Origin: Yuukianura sp. NJ FZ-2021
Lineage: Eukaryota
Direction of reading: 5' to 3'
DNA: 64,000 nucleotides
NCBI GenBank assembly: GCA_046563655.1
Contig: CM102283.1
Location: 9,610,001 to 9,674,000 of the forward strand
Below, in pieces: positions 49,148 to 61,479 of the stretch (the first letter of the stretch is position 1; the number at the start of each line of letters is the position of its first letter). The translations under genes were made by a program, and so were the position numbers. The notes beneath the pieces were generated by a model, which worked only from the letters and a program-made list of their open reading frames with translations, was not told the DNA's origin and made no database searches.

Positions 49148-52100
49148 TCAAAAGTTTAGTCTAATGACTACTGCAGGGAGGAAGAGTAATGACGACGTGT
49201 CATAATCTTTTTCATAATTTTGGAATATTTGGAAACAGGAAAAAGGAAAATTGGTTTTTGGGCCTAAACAAAATTAAAATTGGAAAGTGTTTTTTGATTG
49301 TCATTTTCATAAAGTGAGATGAAATCTGTAATTTTAGTAATGTTGGAAATACGGTGTTGGTTGAAGTTCGGGTGAACCATGCTGTTTGTGACAAGGAGAG
49401 TTGATGTATGGGTGGAAAGATATTCCATAAAGTAAAGCTCCTCTATAGGACCCTTATTTTAATTAAACTTGCCAAATATCAACAAACAATGAAATTGAAG
49501 AGGACACTTCTTCCCCCAGCTAGGAGACTATAAAGTCTACTTTGAGTTATAGTCTTTTGGTTTAGAGTTATAGTCTCCCATGTTCACTCTGTGTCAACTT
49601 AATTAAAAAACCAATCAATGTCAATTGGACAAAGGGGAATTGGATGATAGGGAGCCAAATCACTAATAAACACCAACTCATTATCACTTCTTCATTAACA
49701 AACTTCACTTTCAATTTCACTCTTCTTCAATTACAAAACTCAAGTGAAACAAACACTATGGGGGAAAAGTTAGGCTATGTGGTGGACTAAATTTAGTTAC
49801 TCTCTCATTGCAGTTAATTAGACTCAAAGTCAATCAAGAGAGGGGGGGGTCACTTGACGGGGGTGGGGGTGGGATTGAGGGGGAGGGTAAATTGATGGTG
49901 ATCTGCTGAGAAGGGGTGGGGTTGAGTTCATCAGTCAACGTTATCCGGATGCAAAGAGTAATTAAACTAAGACTTAATTTTACCTGGCACCCTGCATGTG
50001 GCGCAATTTCCAAAAATTTTCCAAGTTTTTTTTTTCAAATTTCGAGGTATAAAAAAAAGTATTTTTTAAAATTTGTTTAAAACTTTTTCTAAAAAATGTG
50101 TGAAATGCTGACTAATTTGGTAAATTGGGATACTTCATGTGGGGGATTGATTTATGTACTAATTGTAACTATGTAAATGATATATTTTTCACACCTTCTT
50201 CTCTCCTCAAGAGTGAATCTTTGGCTGAGTGTCAAAGTAGAGTGAGTATGTTTTTGAATTCATTAATTAAGGGAGTAGTGTTGGAGATGTAATGGTGAGC
50301 GATGTGTTGCCAAATTCTGCATTTACGCCCTCAGCAACTTACCAAAATAATTGGAAGCCGCTTTACAGCCTCCTTTGTGGCTCTAACACAATTTCCTCTT
50401 CACTCTTCTCTCTTCTGCGCAAACTCCCTAATACAAAATACATGTTCCTGCAAATCTTTCACCAATTTACTCCTGTTCCCACTCTCTCAATAATTAGAGT
50501 TATGCTCTCAGTCCACTTCAGCCTCATTATCACCTCCAAATTCATATCACACATTGTACTTTTTAGCATTAGAGGCAGGAAGACCGGGATTAGTTTTACA
50601 AGGACTCGGATTAGATTAAAAAATTTTAACTTTTGAAAAAAAAGTTTAGTAGTGCTTAAAAAAATTTAGTAGGGCAATTTAGGCGTTTGGTGTTCGGGAA
50701 TTGTTAGAGTAAAAGATTTAGATTTTTTCTATTCCGAGACGTGACCTCGATTAGACAAATTTTGATCACTTCAAACTCTCTTGACTTTTTGACGCTAACT
50801 TTGGCACACACAAATCAGAGGAAGAAGATGATAAAAACTATTTATAGACTTCCAGTTTTTTTCAAGAGTGAAGTCAGCAACGACAAAATTTAAGTCATAT
50901 TGTTGACTTTGAAACAAAATAGAACTTTTAGGAGGTTTTTCTGAAATTTTTCTCAAAATTTCAGAGAAAAATTTAAGCTTTTAAACTGAAGCTTTGGTTT
51001 TAAAATTTGGGAAATGTTAGAGTGATTGATTCGTTGAGTATGGAGGAATTGTTAAGTCGATTGAAATGTTAGGTTATTTTGAGACGATGTGAAACTAAGT
51101 TTGTAAGTTTATTGATTAATGTTATGTTTTGAGTCAAAAAGTTTATAGTTTGTGAAATGTTGGAGTTGTAGTGGTTGAGGAGCACTTTGAGAGATGACTT
51201 TGGCTGTAGATTATTAGAGTGGTTTTGTGCTCTGGTTGTCCATGTTTTTGGCAAGGAGGAAAGCAGCAGAGTGGAGTTTGTGCTGGTTGTGTTTGGAGTT
51301 GACGCGGGTTCAAAGGCTAGTTCAGGTGTTTTGATTTATTCTTTTAATCTTTCTTGACATGACAGGAAAATGGAATTGGGGGGCTTCGAAAGTCCCGCAA
51401 CGGATTAAATCCTGGGCTACACACGAAACATACCTATACTTAGCCTTAACCTAATCTTAGCCTAACCTTATAGGAAAAGTACTTTAAACCCATCAAAAGT
51501 TCTACACTTTCAAAATGACTCACTTTCGCGCCATTTTGATTCCTTCCTCACCCTTCGGCCTTTAATTAACCTCCAATCGTTGGTTCAATTTCAAAAGTGT
51601 GCACGAGTCTGATCGGAAATTTCAAAATTGGATTGATTGAAACACACCATTCTGGATTTTGGTTTTTTGAATTTCCAATTTTTTTTATTGAACTTCTTTC
51701 TACCAAGAGAAAGTTTTATGATTTGTTTCCGCGTCGTAGGCGCGACTTTTGACTTTTGTTTTAAGTTTTAGAGAAAAGCTGTAAGGTTTGGCTTCATGTT
51801 GTTGATTATTTTGCTCATTTTAGTTTTCAAATTGTGACTAAATGGTGACCTTTGTGGACATTGTCGTCTGCATCAGAGTGAACAATGCCCTTTGTATTAC
51901 TGTTTAGCTTACAAAAAGTTATGCTTCAATGGAAACTGTGTTCGTCACGATGCGAAAATATCCAGTTCATGGCTACTCCTTCATTTCATCTTCACAACTT
52001 CTCTGAACAATTGTGAATATTCACAAAAAATGACAAAATGATTATCGTTTCGTGCTTTTCTTTCAAATACGTCAGTTTCTGATACAATAATTACGCTTTT

Positions 52101-52570
52101 TACAAAATCTTTACAAAAATTTATGCATGATGGAATTTCAAGTTAGGCTGTCAAAATTTTTTAAACTTTAAATTGTAGTATCCAGTTTCAAAATGTCAAA
52201 ATGTAAGGCCAACGTAGTGTGGTTGTCAACAAAAGAAATTTTTTTTAGTTTCTAAATTTTGTTAGTAAGTTTTTTTTGTTACGTTGAAATTCCAAGAAAG
52301 AATAATAGTTATTGTATTTTTTGTGTTCTGCTGCGTATTATGTTCTCATTCACTTGAGAATGAATTTTGGATTAAATTTCTTGTTTAAGTTTCTTTTTTA
52401 AAGTTGAAGATTCGCTGCTTCAGTTTAACTCTAAACTCGTTATGAGCTTATTTTTTAACGTTGAAACTTGAAACTTTTTCCAAACGCTCCTTTCCTAAAT
52501 AATAGGACAAAAAATCACTTTTTCAAAAAAAAAATGGAACAGGAGTAAAGTTGAACAAGCTATCGTGAAA

Positions 52571-52650
52571 GAGCTGGTAGCTTATAGGTAACGAGACTGA
52601 AGTTGTTTGGTGTAGTAGTTGTGGGTTCGAGTCTCCTCAAGTGCACTTTT
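52571..52650 (+). other. Degenerate tRNA-like / SINE-head remnant
   Basis: A-box-like TAGCTTATAGGTA and B-box GGTTCGAGTCT followed by TTTT; no proper cloverleaf; shares GTTGTGGGTTCGA with positions 477-494. Confidence 0.4.
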
Positions 52651-53984
52651 CTCCTCGCCCCTTATTAGCAGCAATGCAAATCCACCAACGAAAAACTGCA
52701 AAAAAAAAATTCTTCGAAAAAAAATGGACAGCTTGCACTTTTTAGCTACTCAAAATAATTGCACATTTTGTATATTTTTAATTAGAATTTTTTGAAAACC
52801 TAAAAAATTAAGTACTTTCTACCTTAAGTCCCTTCGGCTACCGTATTCTTTTGAGCAGTTTATGCACGAAGGGGCTCCAAATTTTTATTTTTGTGTTTGA
52901 ACATGCAAGCCCGCGTACTTTTCAAAGTGTAAAACCTTGTTTTCTTTGTGTGTAAAAGTGTTGAAGGGAGCCTTGAAGGGTACATGTGACGTGTGTAGGT
53001 TCGTTATAACATTTCAAAGGGCTCATTAAATTAATAATAATTGAAGTTAGCTTTTGATGGAGCCTTGTGTAAGGTTCAAACAGGGTCTGATTGCATGCAA
53101 AGTTTAAAAAGGGCGCCAACTTTTCCTCTTTCTTCGTGTCTCCGCCTATTATTTCCAGCTTCATGTCGGCTTCTGCCTGTCGTCAACTTGCCACTCTCCA
53201 ACCTTAGCTTCACTCTGACATTTCAAATCCCCAGTTCCCATTCCCTGTCTCCTTAATTAGAATATTTCTGCAACTATTCTGCAAACTTTGCAGTATAATT
53301 TAGTTTTAATTAGATGTAGAGAAAGAGGGGGCTCTGCATCTGCCTCCTAACCCCCCCCCCCTTCTCTCATACCCCCCCCCTGTGTTCTTAAGTGTTAAGT
53401 GTCAAAGGGGGAAGACACATGTCAACTCCAAAGACAGGTTTTGGCTGAATTAAGGGTGAGCTACACCAAGACAAACTTAGGTTTTCACTTAAGTTGAAAA
53501 CCATTTTGTTCTTTCGCGGCTTAAAGTGACATGAGACTAGGCTGGAGGGAAGTTTTAATGAAGTCTTTTCAATAATTAGGAGAAAACATGTGTGGATACA
53601 AAGTCTGTACACACGCTAGTATTCAGTTTATTAAGGTTGAAGTAGGGCGGGAAAGTACTGGGTGTAACCAGGACCTGCCACTCAAGATGTTGAAAGAACC
53701 TTTTTAGTTTGCATGATTATTACTAAAAGTTGTACGAAACAAAAGGTTCATTTGGTTATTATTTTCGTGAGTCATGTGACTCGTATAAAGTGTTTGATAT
53801 AATTGTGTATTCTGACAAAGAACAATCCCTTGTTACTTTTAATGAGGCTAATTTGAGCCTTTTGTTTCACTCTGCACTCGACTCTAACAACACAGTGGAA
53901 TTCAACCAATTATTTTAAATTTCCCGCCCAGAAATATTCAATTTTAGACGCAAATCTAAAACTACGCATTCAAAATTTAATATT

Positions 53985-54120
53985 TAAAAAATGGCAACAC
54001 CGGAAAGGCAGTTTTAAAAAGCGAAAAATGGCAACGCCGGAAAAGCAGTTTTTTTTTAAAAAAAAGTGAAAAATGGCAACACTGGAAAAGCAGTTTTAAA
54101 AAGTGCAAAATGGCAACACT
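53985..54120. repeat. ~37-bp tandem repeat (3-4 copies)
   Basis: AAAAATGGCAACAC(C/T)GGAAA(A/G)GCAGTTTTAAAAAG units. Confidence 0.85.
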
Positions 54121-56640
54121 GTGAACTTTTGCGAAATCATGAGTCACAGTGACAGTTCTTGTGACATGTGACACCTCAAGTTCCTTGCGTGACACCAAAG
54201 TTGACATGTCCAACAAAGGTCACACCAGGAAAAGGTCAACTCTTGAAACTTGTTGACAATTTAGGCTCTCCAATTAGTTTCGGTTGACAAAACCCGTTGC
54301 AGGAGGAAAAGTCAAAACCTTGTTGTCAATTTATCATCTTTTTGTCTAAAAACTTAAGAATCCTGTGCGTTTTATTGTCATGTCTGTCAAGTTCAACGGT
54401 CCGAACGAGTTTAAAAGTCCTAGGGCGGGTAATTTAAAATTTTGAATTCTTTTGTACTGTGGTTGGTGGCAGTTAATGTCGAGAGACAATTAGGCTTGTC
54501 CCATTGTTCCCAGGGACAACTTGTCCAGTTTAAGGATTTTGTTCAAATTTATTGGGGATTAAGGTAGAACATGTCAGTGACGCACTGACCCTGCGCAGGA
54601 ATGTCACAAACCCCGGCATTTTTCAAATTTTAAACACACCTCATTACCAAAACGAACCATTTGTGTCTTAGGATTCAAAAGTTGACTGACAGGTTTTGGT
54701 TCTTTTCAAAAAAAATGAAAGGAGTCGGAACTTATTTGTTCAAAAAATGTCAAAAACTGTGTTTTTATGATCCACAACTTAACTTTTTCAGGTTTTAGTC
54801 AAGTGTGGGTAGGATTAGGACGAAGTGACTCTAATGACCTTAAAGAGAGCGCGAAAAGTCGTTTGGCAAAAGACCAAGTCATGGAGGTCGGTGTCACTTT
54901 TTGAAAAAAAATAAAATTTCAAAAAAAACTTACTTTTTTTGAATTTCTTAAATGGAGAGATGACGGATGAAGTAAATCGCACTTTGTGGTTTATGTAAAG
55001 CGTAGGTGGACGAGAGTGGTTCAAAATTTAAGATTTTGAAGATTATGACAAAGAGACAAAAGAATTCTTTTGAATTTGAATTTTTTTTTCTTGAAACCAC
55101 TTGCATCTGCGCAGTAATTGTTTATTTTTTGTCCATAAGTGGAACTAAGATGACATTACACTCCTTTGTTCACTTGGGAGACAATAGAATTACTTTTTGA
55201 AAGCGGTAAAAGCTTTGAGTTGTGCGCGGCCTTTTTTGAAACGAGTTTCAACGTGCTTTATTTGTTCGGTCTTAGTAGTTTGAATTTTGTGAGGCATGTG
55301 GATGAGATCATTAAATTACTAATTGGGAAACTAAGGATTGGGCAAGACTGTGCTGACTAATCAGCGGAATGTCGTCTCTACTTTTAGTTTTGTGAGGTAG
55401 AGTACTGCGCAGTTCTCTTTTGTGTCACTGCGGTCGTTAGTCGTTAAGCCTAACCTTATTATAAGTTAGGGCAGGAGATGAACTGGAACCTATTGTGTCC
55501 TGTACAACAACCATCCTTTCACATTTTCAAAACTTTTAGAAATTCTGAACTAATGAGACTTTTTGAAACAAAAGTGTCCTTAACACTCAAAAAGTTAAAA
55601 AAAAACGGGGTCAAAATCCGTGAAAACTGGAGTCAAAATCGGTCAAACCTGAGAAGTCAGAATCAGGAAAATTTGATTCTTTGTGCAAATGAAATTTTTT
55701 TGTCAATTTTTTTAACTTTCTGCGGTAGATTTAACATTTTGTTGAACGAAGGACTTAACATCTAACCAGAATTTTGTTTAACTTTTTTTGATTTGTTTGA
55801 ATTTTAATGCAATGTAAGTTGAAATTTAAGTCCACGAAGGCTGACACTTTAACTCCTAAAAGTCTGCATTTTAAGTGGGTCTTGCAGTGTGGAATGTTGT
55901 TGGAAGCTCGTTTAGCTTGTGGTTTTGGTTGAGCATGAGCACAACTCTAACTTTTTTGTTCTGTAAAATCTGGTTTTGTTAATGAAATGAAATGTAATGC
56001 CTGTCGCACTGAGGTTCAAAAAAACATTCGTCAAAATGTCATCTTATTAGTTTAGCAGGTTTTGCTCTCTCGACTGACTGTCAAGAGTTCAATCATGTTT
56101 TCTCTGGGAAGACGTTCGTTTAGTCATATGGTGGACCGAGTGCTTGGCAAAAACTTGTTCAAAATGGCGCACAGTGACTCAAAACTTTAAAAGTTGGACT
56201 AACCGCCACAAAGGAATTGTTTTCTCTTTGAAACAAGAATTTAGGAAGCCAGGAATTTAATAATTGCAATTACTCAAAAGAAGAAGCGCAAGCTTGCTTT
56301 TCAAACAACCTTGTTTTGAAAAACAGATTTACAGAAAAAGGCGGATCTTTCAAAGTCGTTCATTAGTTCTAATTACTCATTAACATAGTTTTGGAAAAAC
56401 ATTTTAAACTTATGCAACTCAAAAGCTAGTTTCTTTTGTGTACACACAAAAGCCACTGTGTGGTTCAGTAGCCAATTTCTGTGGATTAGTTAGGTCGAGG
56501 GCGGAGTTTTCCGCTTTTGTCTCAGTTTTAGACAACATTCCTTTTGGAGTGGTGATAGTGAAGACTAATTCCTCATTACGATAGCCTAAAACTCAGATTT
56601 TTCTGATTCCTACTTTTGCACATTTCTCACTTCCTAGTCA

Positions 56641-56762
56641 TTAAAATCTTAGTTACTCCCGCCAAAATTTTTTACTTGAAAGTAGTGCACTGGAGATGTG
56701 TTAAATCTTAGTTACTCCCGCCAAAATTTCTTTCACTTGAAAATAGTGCACTGGAGATGTGT
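56641..56762. repeat. ~60-bp tandem duplication carrying TAGTTACTCCCGCC
   Basis: TTAAA(A)TCTTAGTTACTCCCGCCAAAATTT..ACTTGAAA.TAGTGCACTGGAGATGTG occurs twice. Confidence 0.9.
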
Positions 56763-59700
56763 TTTTCAAAAAGTTTGAATTTTCGCGCGTCTTTTGTGTT
56801 ATCTTGTTCTGTTTGGCATCCGGCAGACTTTGGCACTGAATCAATGTCTCATTTAATTCTTGTGGAACATCTTAAGTTGGAGTCTGGGATCCATAAGTCT
56901 CTGCGTGTGGTTTTATTGTGGACACTTATAATGGTCCAGATCCTCTGATCTCTCAACTTATACTCTCCTTAGCCTAATGTTAACCTAATGTTAGGCTAAA
57001 GCTAGGCTACAAATAACCTAACCTTATCTTGGTAGTTTGGAGCTGAGACTAAACCTATTTGTCTGTTTGTCGCAATTTTTGTCACTCATTAAAAGTTAGA
57101 GTGAAGGAGATGAAGTTAGGTTCTTTGTAATTCCCTGGATGAAGATCCAACCGTTTTAATCACGCAGACTAAAGAGCCTTGTTTAGAAACAGTCGTAGTT
57201 ACTCCCTCCGACTGTCCTAGTTACTCCAAAAGACAAAGCATAAAGTGGATCCTCCTCATTAATTTTGAAAGATTAGATTTAATTTTGAGGAAAGTTGAAA
57301 TTGGTTACAGGGGAAAGGACTTTAAATCTTCCCGCAAAAGAGGAAGGGGGAAACAGATTCTGTCATTCTCTCAAAGTCTTTGTTCTCTCCCGCATTCCTG
57401 TCTCTGGAGGCGGCAAAAGGACGGGGAAATTTGAATTTTCAAAATGCATAACTTTATCGTACTTTCACTTTTGAAATGTTAACGGGCAAAGTGACACTTT
57501 TACTAACTGTCAAGCAGAGAAAGTGATATGCTCAATTCCTAATGAACCTTATTTCCGAAAATTCTTGGCGGCAAATTACGATTTGACGTGATTTTTGGAT
57601 GACAAGTTTCCAATTTTTGAAAAAAAAAATGAAAATTTTTGAATTTTTAACTTTGAGTTTGAGTCTCACTGTTCCGGTTTTTCGGATTCAAATTTTGGCG
57701 CTGCAAAAAAGACATCGAGCAGCAACAAGTTTTTTTCTTTTTTTTTTGAATTTTTTTCAAACCTGTAACACCTTATCTGCAATTCTGACTAAAAGTCGCA
57801 CCCATTTGCAAAAATGTCAGCTTATCAACAACGTTTATTTACAATCAAATGACTTTGAGGTCAAAGGTCAAAGGCCTTTGTATTTTCCAATTAAAATTGA
57901 GGTCAATTAATTAAAAACCAACATTTTTTTTGTGGAAATGCAATTAAGTTTTTGCAAAGGAACGCTATGGGATTAACCTACTTTTGTGATGCTATGAGTC
58001 ACTTCGAAGTTTAGATCTGCACAGATCTTCAAATTTAATCAAACCCTCCCGCCATTCATCATGATTACGCAGGAATAACAATAATCAAGAGGGGCAATCT
58101 GATTAGTTTGAAAGTACACAATGGACAGCCTATTCCACAGAATTTACAGAAACACCGCCTTATACTCCATTCTTCATCTTCTGTGAGGAGTCGTTTTGTC
58201 CCGTATAACTTATACTGCACGAAGAGCTACCTTGGTGGAAATTAGAAGATCAGAAACCATAATCACGTCACAATAATATTTTAATTAAATCTTCCCTCGC
58301 CTTGAAAACTCATCTTGAGCCTCCCTCCGACCAAAGTGAAATACCTTCCTCATTTTCAATTAAGAAATAATTGGAATTTTTTTTGTACTTTCCCGCGTGT
58401 CGCTTATAAGCTTCGCACGAACATCTCATCACATCTCTCTCGTCTCTTAAACCTTCTCTGTCATCCGCATCTAGAGACAGATTCACTCATCTCCAATGGA
58501 AACCCGCCTTTTCCTTCTTCTTCCCTCGAAGTTTTGAAATTTAAGCGATTGGAGTGTCCTTGGACGTGAGAACGAGTCCAGCAGTTAGGAAATAACAATA
58601 AGTACTCAGCACTTCAAGTACCACCACCAGCACTCCCTTAAGTGCTAAATGCATGATCAAAAGTCTACTCTCCGTTTCCGTTTTAAGTGCTTCCTTTCAA
58701 TTTTTGTACGCAACCAAAAGCTTCCTTCTAGCAGCTCCTTAAAACGTTAAAAAAGGAGAACCTTTTTGCCACTTACAACTTCAAATTTGGATGTTTAATG
58801 GAACCACACGATTTAGAAAATGGAAGGGCACGATTTTTTGAAAATGGAAATGGAAGATTTTTTTCGAAAATGGACTTAAGGTGTTGTAGTGTTGTAAATT
58901 GATTTTTAATAACACAGTAGAGTGTGTACATGGTTTACATTTTAGACAAAAAGTGTTGATGGAGGAACCTTTTTTATACTAAAGTGGCCAAAAGTGTGTT
59001 GGCGGAGGAGCCTTTTTGTACTAAAGTAGCCAAAAACATACGGTTAGGTTAGGATTAGGCTATCGCTGGAGAACAAAGGAAGAGAGGCTAAGTTGTTTGT
59101 AAGTGGATGATGACAAACATTCCAGATCACTTTCCCTCATGTACAATTTAATATCGGAGGCTTCATGTCGTCGTCTGGATTGACGTCGCTCATTTTCCGA
59201 CAGCCGAAGCGACATTTCATTCATTTTGGCTCAAGGAATGTTTGATGTTATTGGACATGTCGAGGGACATTATTGTCACCCAACTCCAAATTACATCATC
59301 ACTTAAAATCTCCCGCCAAATTACAAATGTCAAGAGATATTCGTCTCACTTCGCCCCGAAAATGATCTCAGAACATTTGTTTTTGATCTGGAATCTTTGA
59401 CCTGACAAATTAAGGAAAAAGTTGAACTTTTTTGTGGATTTGGTGTTCAAGGGTACTTTTTTGTTTTGTTAAGTACCCCCATCGATTCCATCTTTGGAAG
59501 ATGAAATGTTAAGGGCCCCTTTACGTCCATTACTGCTTCTGGTTCTGTTCAAAAGATTGAAGGTGAAGATGAAACAAAGAGGAGGGGGAACAGCCCGGGA
59601 TTTTTTGATTTTGACTCAAAGTGACTGATGGGCTTGTCTAACTTTTCATGTTAATTTTCCTCCCTTGTCTTTCATTTCTTGAATCTTGGCGCTTCAGGGC

Positions 59701-61388
59701 GCAGGTCACAACGCATCACTGCTTTTTTTTGTACGAAGCAAAACGCTTCTTAACAAAAAAGTTTTTATGTACGGAGCAAAACGCTTCCTTACAAAAAAGT
59801 TTTTATGATTTAATGGACATAATGGTTACGTCCATATGTGATTATGGCTGTTGCGCAATGGAAGACAAGCAACTAAAAAATCTTGAATGGTTTTTAGAAA
59901 AGTAAACAAAAAGGGAGCCCTTGAGAAGCCGTCCTTAAGGGTCCACCATGAATCCTTCTCCCCTTGTCTAAAACTCCGGCAGCAGCAACTTTTCAAGAAA
60001 TGTTTATTCAAAATGTTGCTGCCGTTTGGCCTTGAAGTACCCCTGGGCCCTTTGGATGTTGCTGAGGGTTGTTGGAAGTGTCGTTGTACCTTACTTTTTG
60101 TTATTCCAACTTTCTGTTGCTCCTGAAGGTCAATCTTCTCCTTCTTTTCTTCTTCTTTGGCTTGTCATTTCTGTTGAAAAGATTCTGTGAGAAGATGAAG
60201 ATGAAACGATGAGAGATGTTGAGAAAATGTTCGCATCTTACAACTTGATTCTTCATTTCTTTTATTTCTTGGACAAAAGAGCAAGATGAAGCCGTAAAGT
60301 GTTAAATGTTCCAAAGGAATTAGTACCCCCCCCCCTTTATTCAACCCCCCCCCCACTTACATAGATTTTCTGAGGGGGGGAGGGGGTGAGGAGAATGTTG
60401 TAATTGGTTGATGTGGAGGTGGATTCATTTCTTTTAGTTTTTTGAAGTAGACACGTGAGTCAGGACTTTCTGATAATTCTGAGGAATGGTCTATTATTTG
60501 TAGCCCCCCTGCAGCCATGCGCAGGGCCCTCCTGAGTCATTGTGTTCTAAACGCCCAACATCTCATTGTTAATCTTAATTTAATTTAAATTGTTCAATTA
60601 CGAAGCAGAAAATAGGATTTGAAGTCCCCCCTCCTCCAGAACGGGGGGTACTTGGCAGGGGAGGGGGGCTTGGGAGGTGGATTAAGGGGGGCAAATGTCT
60701 CATTTCAAAAGTTCCCGCCGTTTTGAGGGGGCCTGGGACAGTTCCCACGACTTTCCGGCCTAAACTTTACAGTGGTAGGTTCGTTTCTATTGAAATTTGA
60801 AATTGAAAATTGTACGGGCCAAAAAGCTTCCCTTGCTTTTTCTCGTGCTGAGGACAAATCCCTTTTGGTTAATTATTAAACGGCAGGAGGGCTTGGGAAG
60901 GTGAAACTTTTTAATTAACTCTTTTCTATACTTGCATCCAACTCTACTTTTTAAACAAAGATTACAAATACGATCCGAAAGAACCAAATTTTAAACAAAT
61001 TCTAAAAAAAGGAAGCTTTTTCATGAAAACTGTACTGGAGAGTAATTTTTTAAATGTTAAGGGGGAGGTTGACATGACGGCAGTTAGTGTCAAGTTCCTT
61101 ATGGCTTGCGACTTGCGACCACACCTTGACTTTTTTTGAAATTTTAAATTCTGGTGTTTTGAAAACGAAAACTGTGTTTGGAAAACATTTGGAAAAGTTG
61201 AACAATACTGAAAAGGCGTGTCCCAGTCAAAGCGAGGACTTTTTCAGATTGAAAGTAGCGATATGAAGTGAAAAGTTGTTTTAGAATATAAGAAAATGTA
61301 AAAAGAACATGAAAAAGTGGTAATATTTTATAATTTTTTTGTTGTTTTCTTACAGGGGTACTTAAGGGACAGCACCAACAACGCCACA

Positions 61389-61479
61389 TCAGTTTGTGGT
61401 TTTCGAAACAGCAACACTAAATTTCAAAATTTTGAGATGTCAGCGTCACTGGATTCAACAGGAAAATAAAAAGGTAAGA
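61389..61479 (+). promoter_or_regulatory. Candidate initiator plus short non-coding first exon of a gene continuing beyond the window
   Basis: Arthropod Inr-like TCAGTT at 61389, strong donor AAG|GTAAGA at 61473/61474, followed by the A/T-tract texture seen in the other introns here. Confidence 0.35.

Noticed and set aside
55303-55325. TGAGATCATT bantam-like seed
   Set aside because: Only the first 10 nt match and there is no hairpin.
55393-55414. TGAGGTAGAGTACTGCGCAGTT resembles let-7 (seed TGAGGTAG, end AGTT)
   Set aside because: The central bases differ from let-7 and the flanks do not form a convincing pre-miRNA hairpin; no miR-100/miR-125 neighbours were seen.
59042-59062. TTAGG-like telomeric repeats (also ~51440, ~56970)
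   Set aside because: Only 2-3 degenerate units; not a telomeric array.
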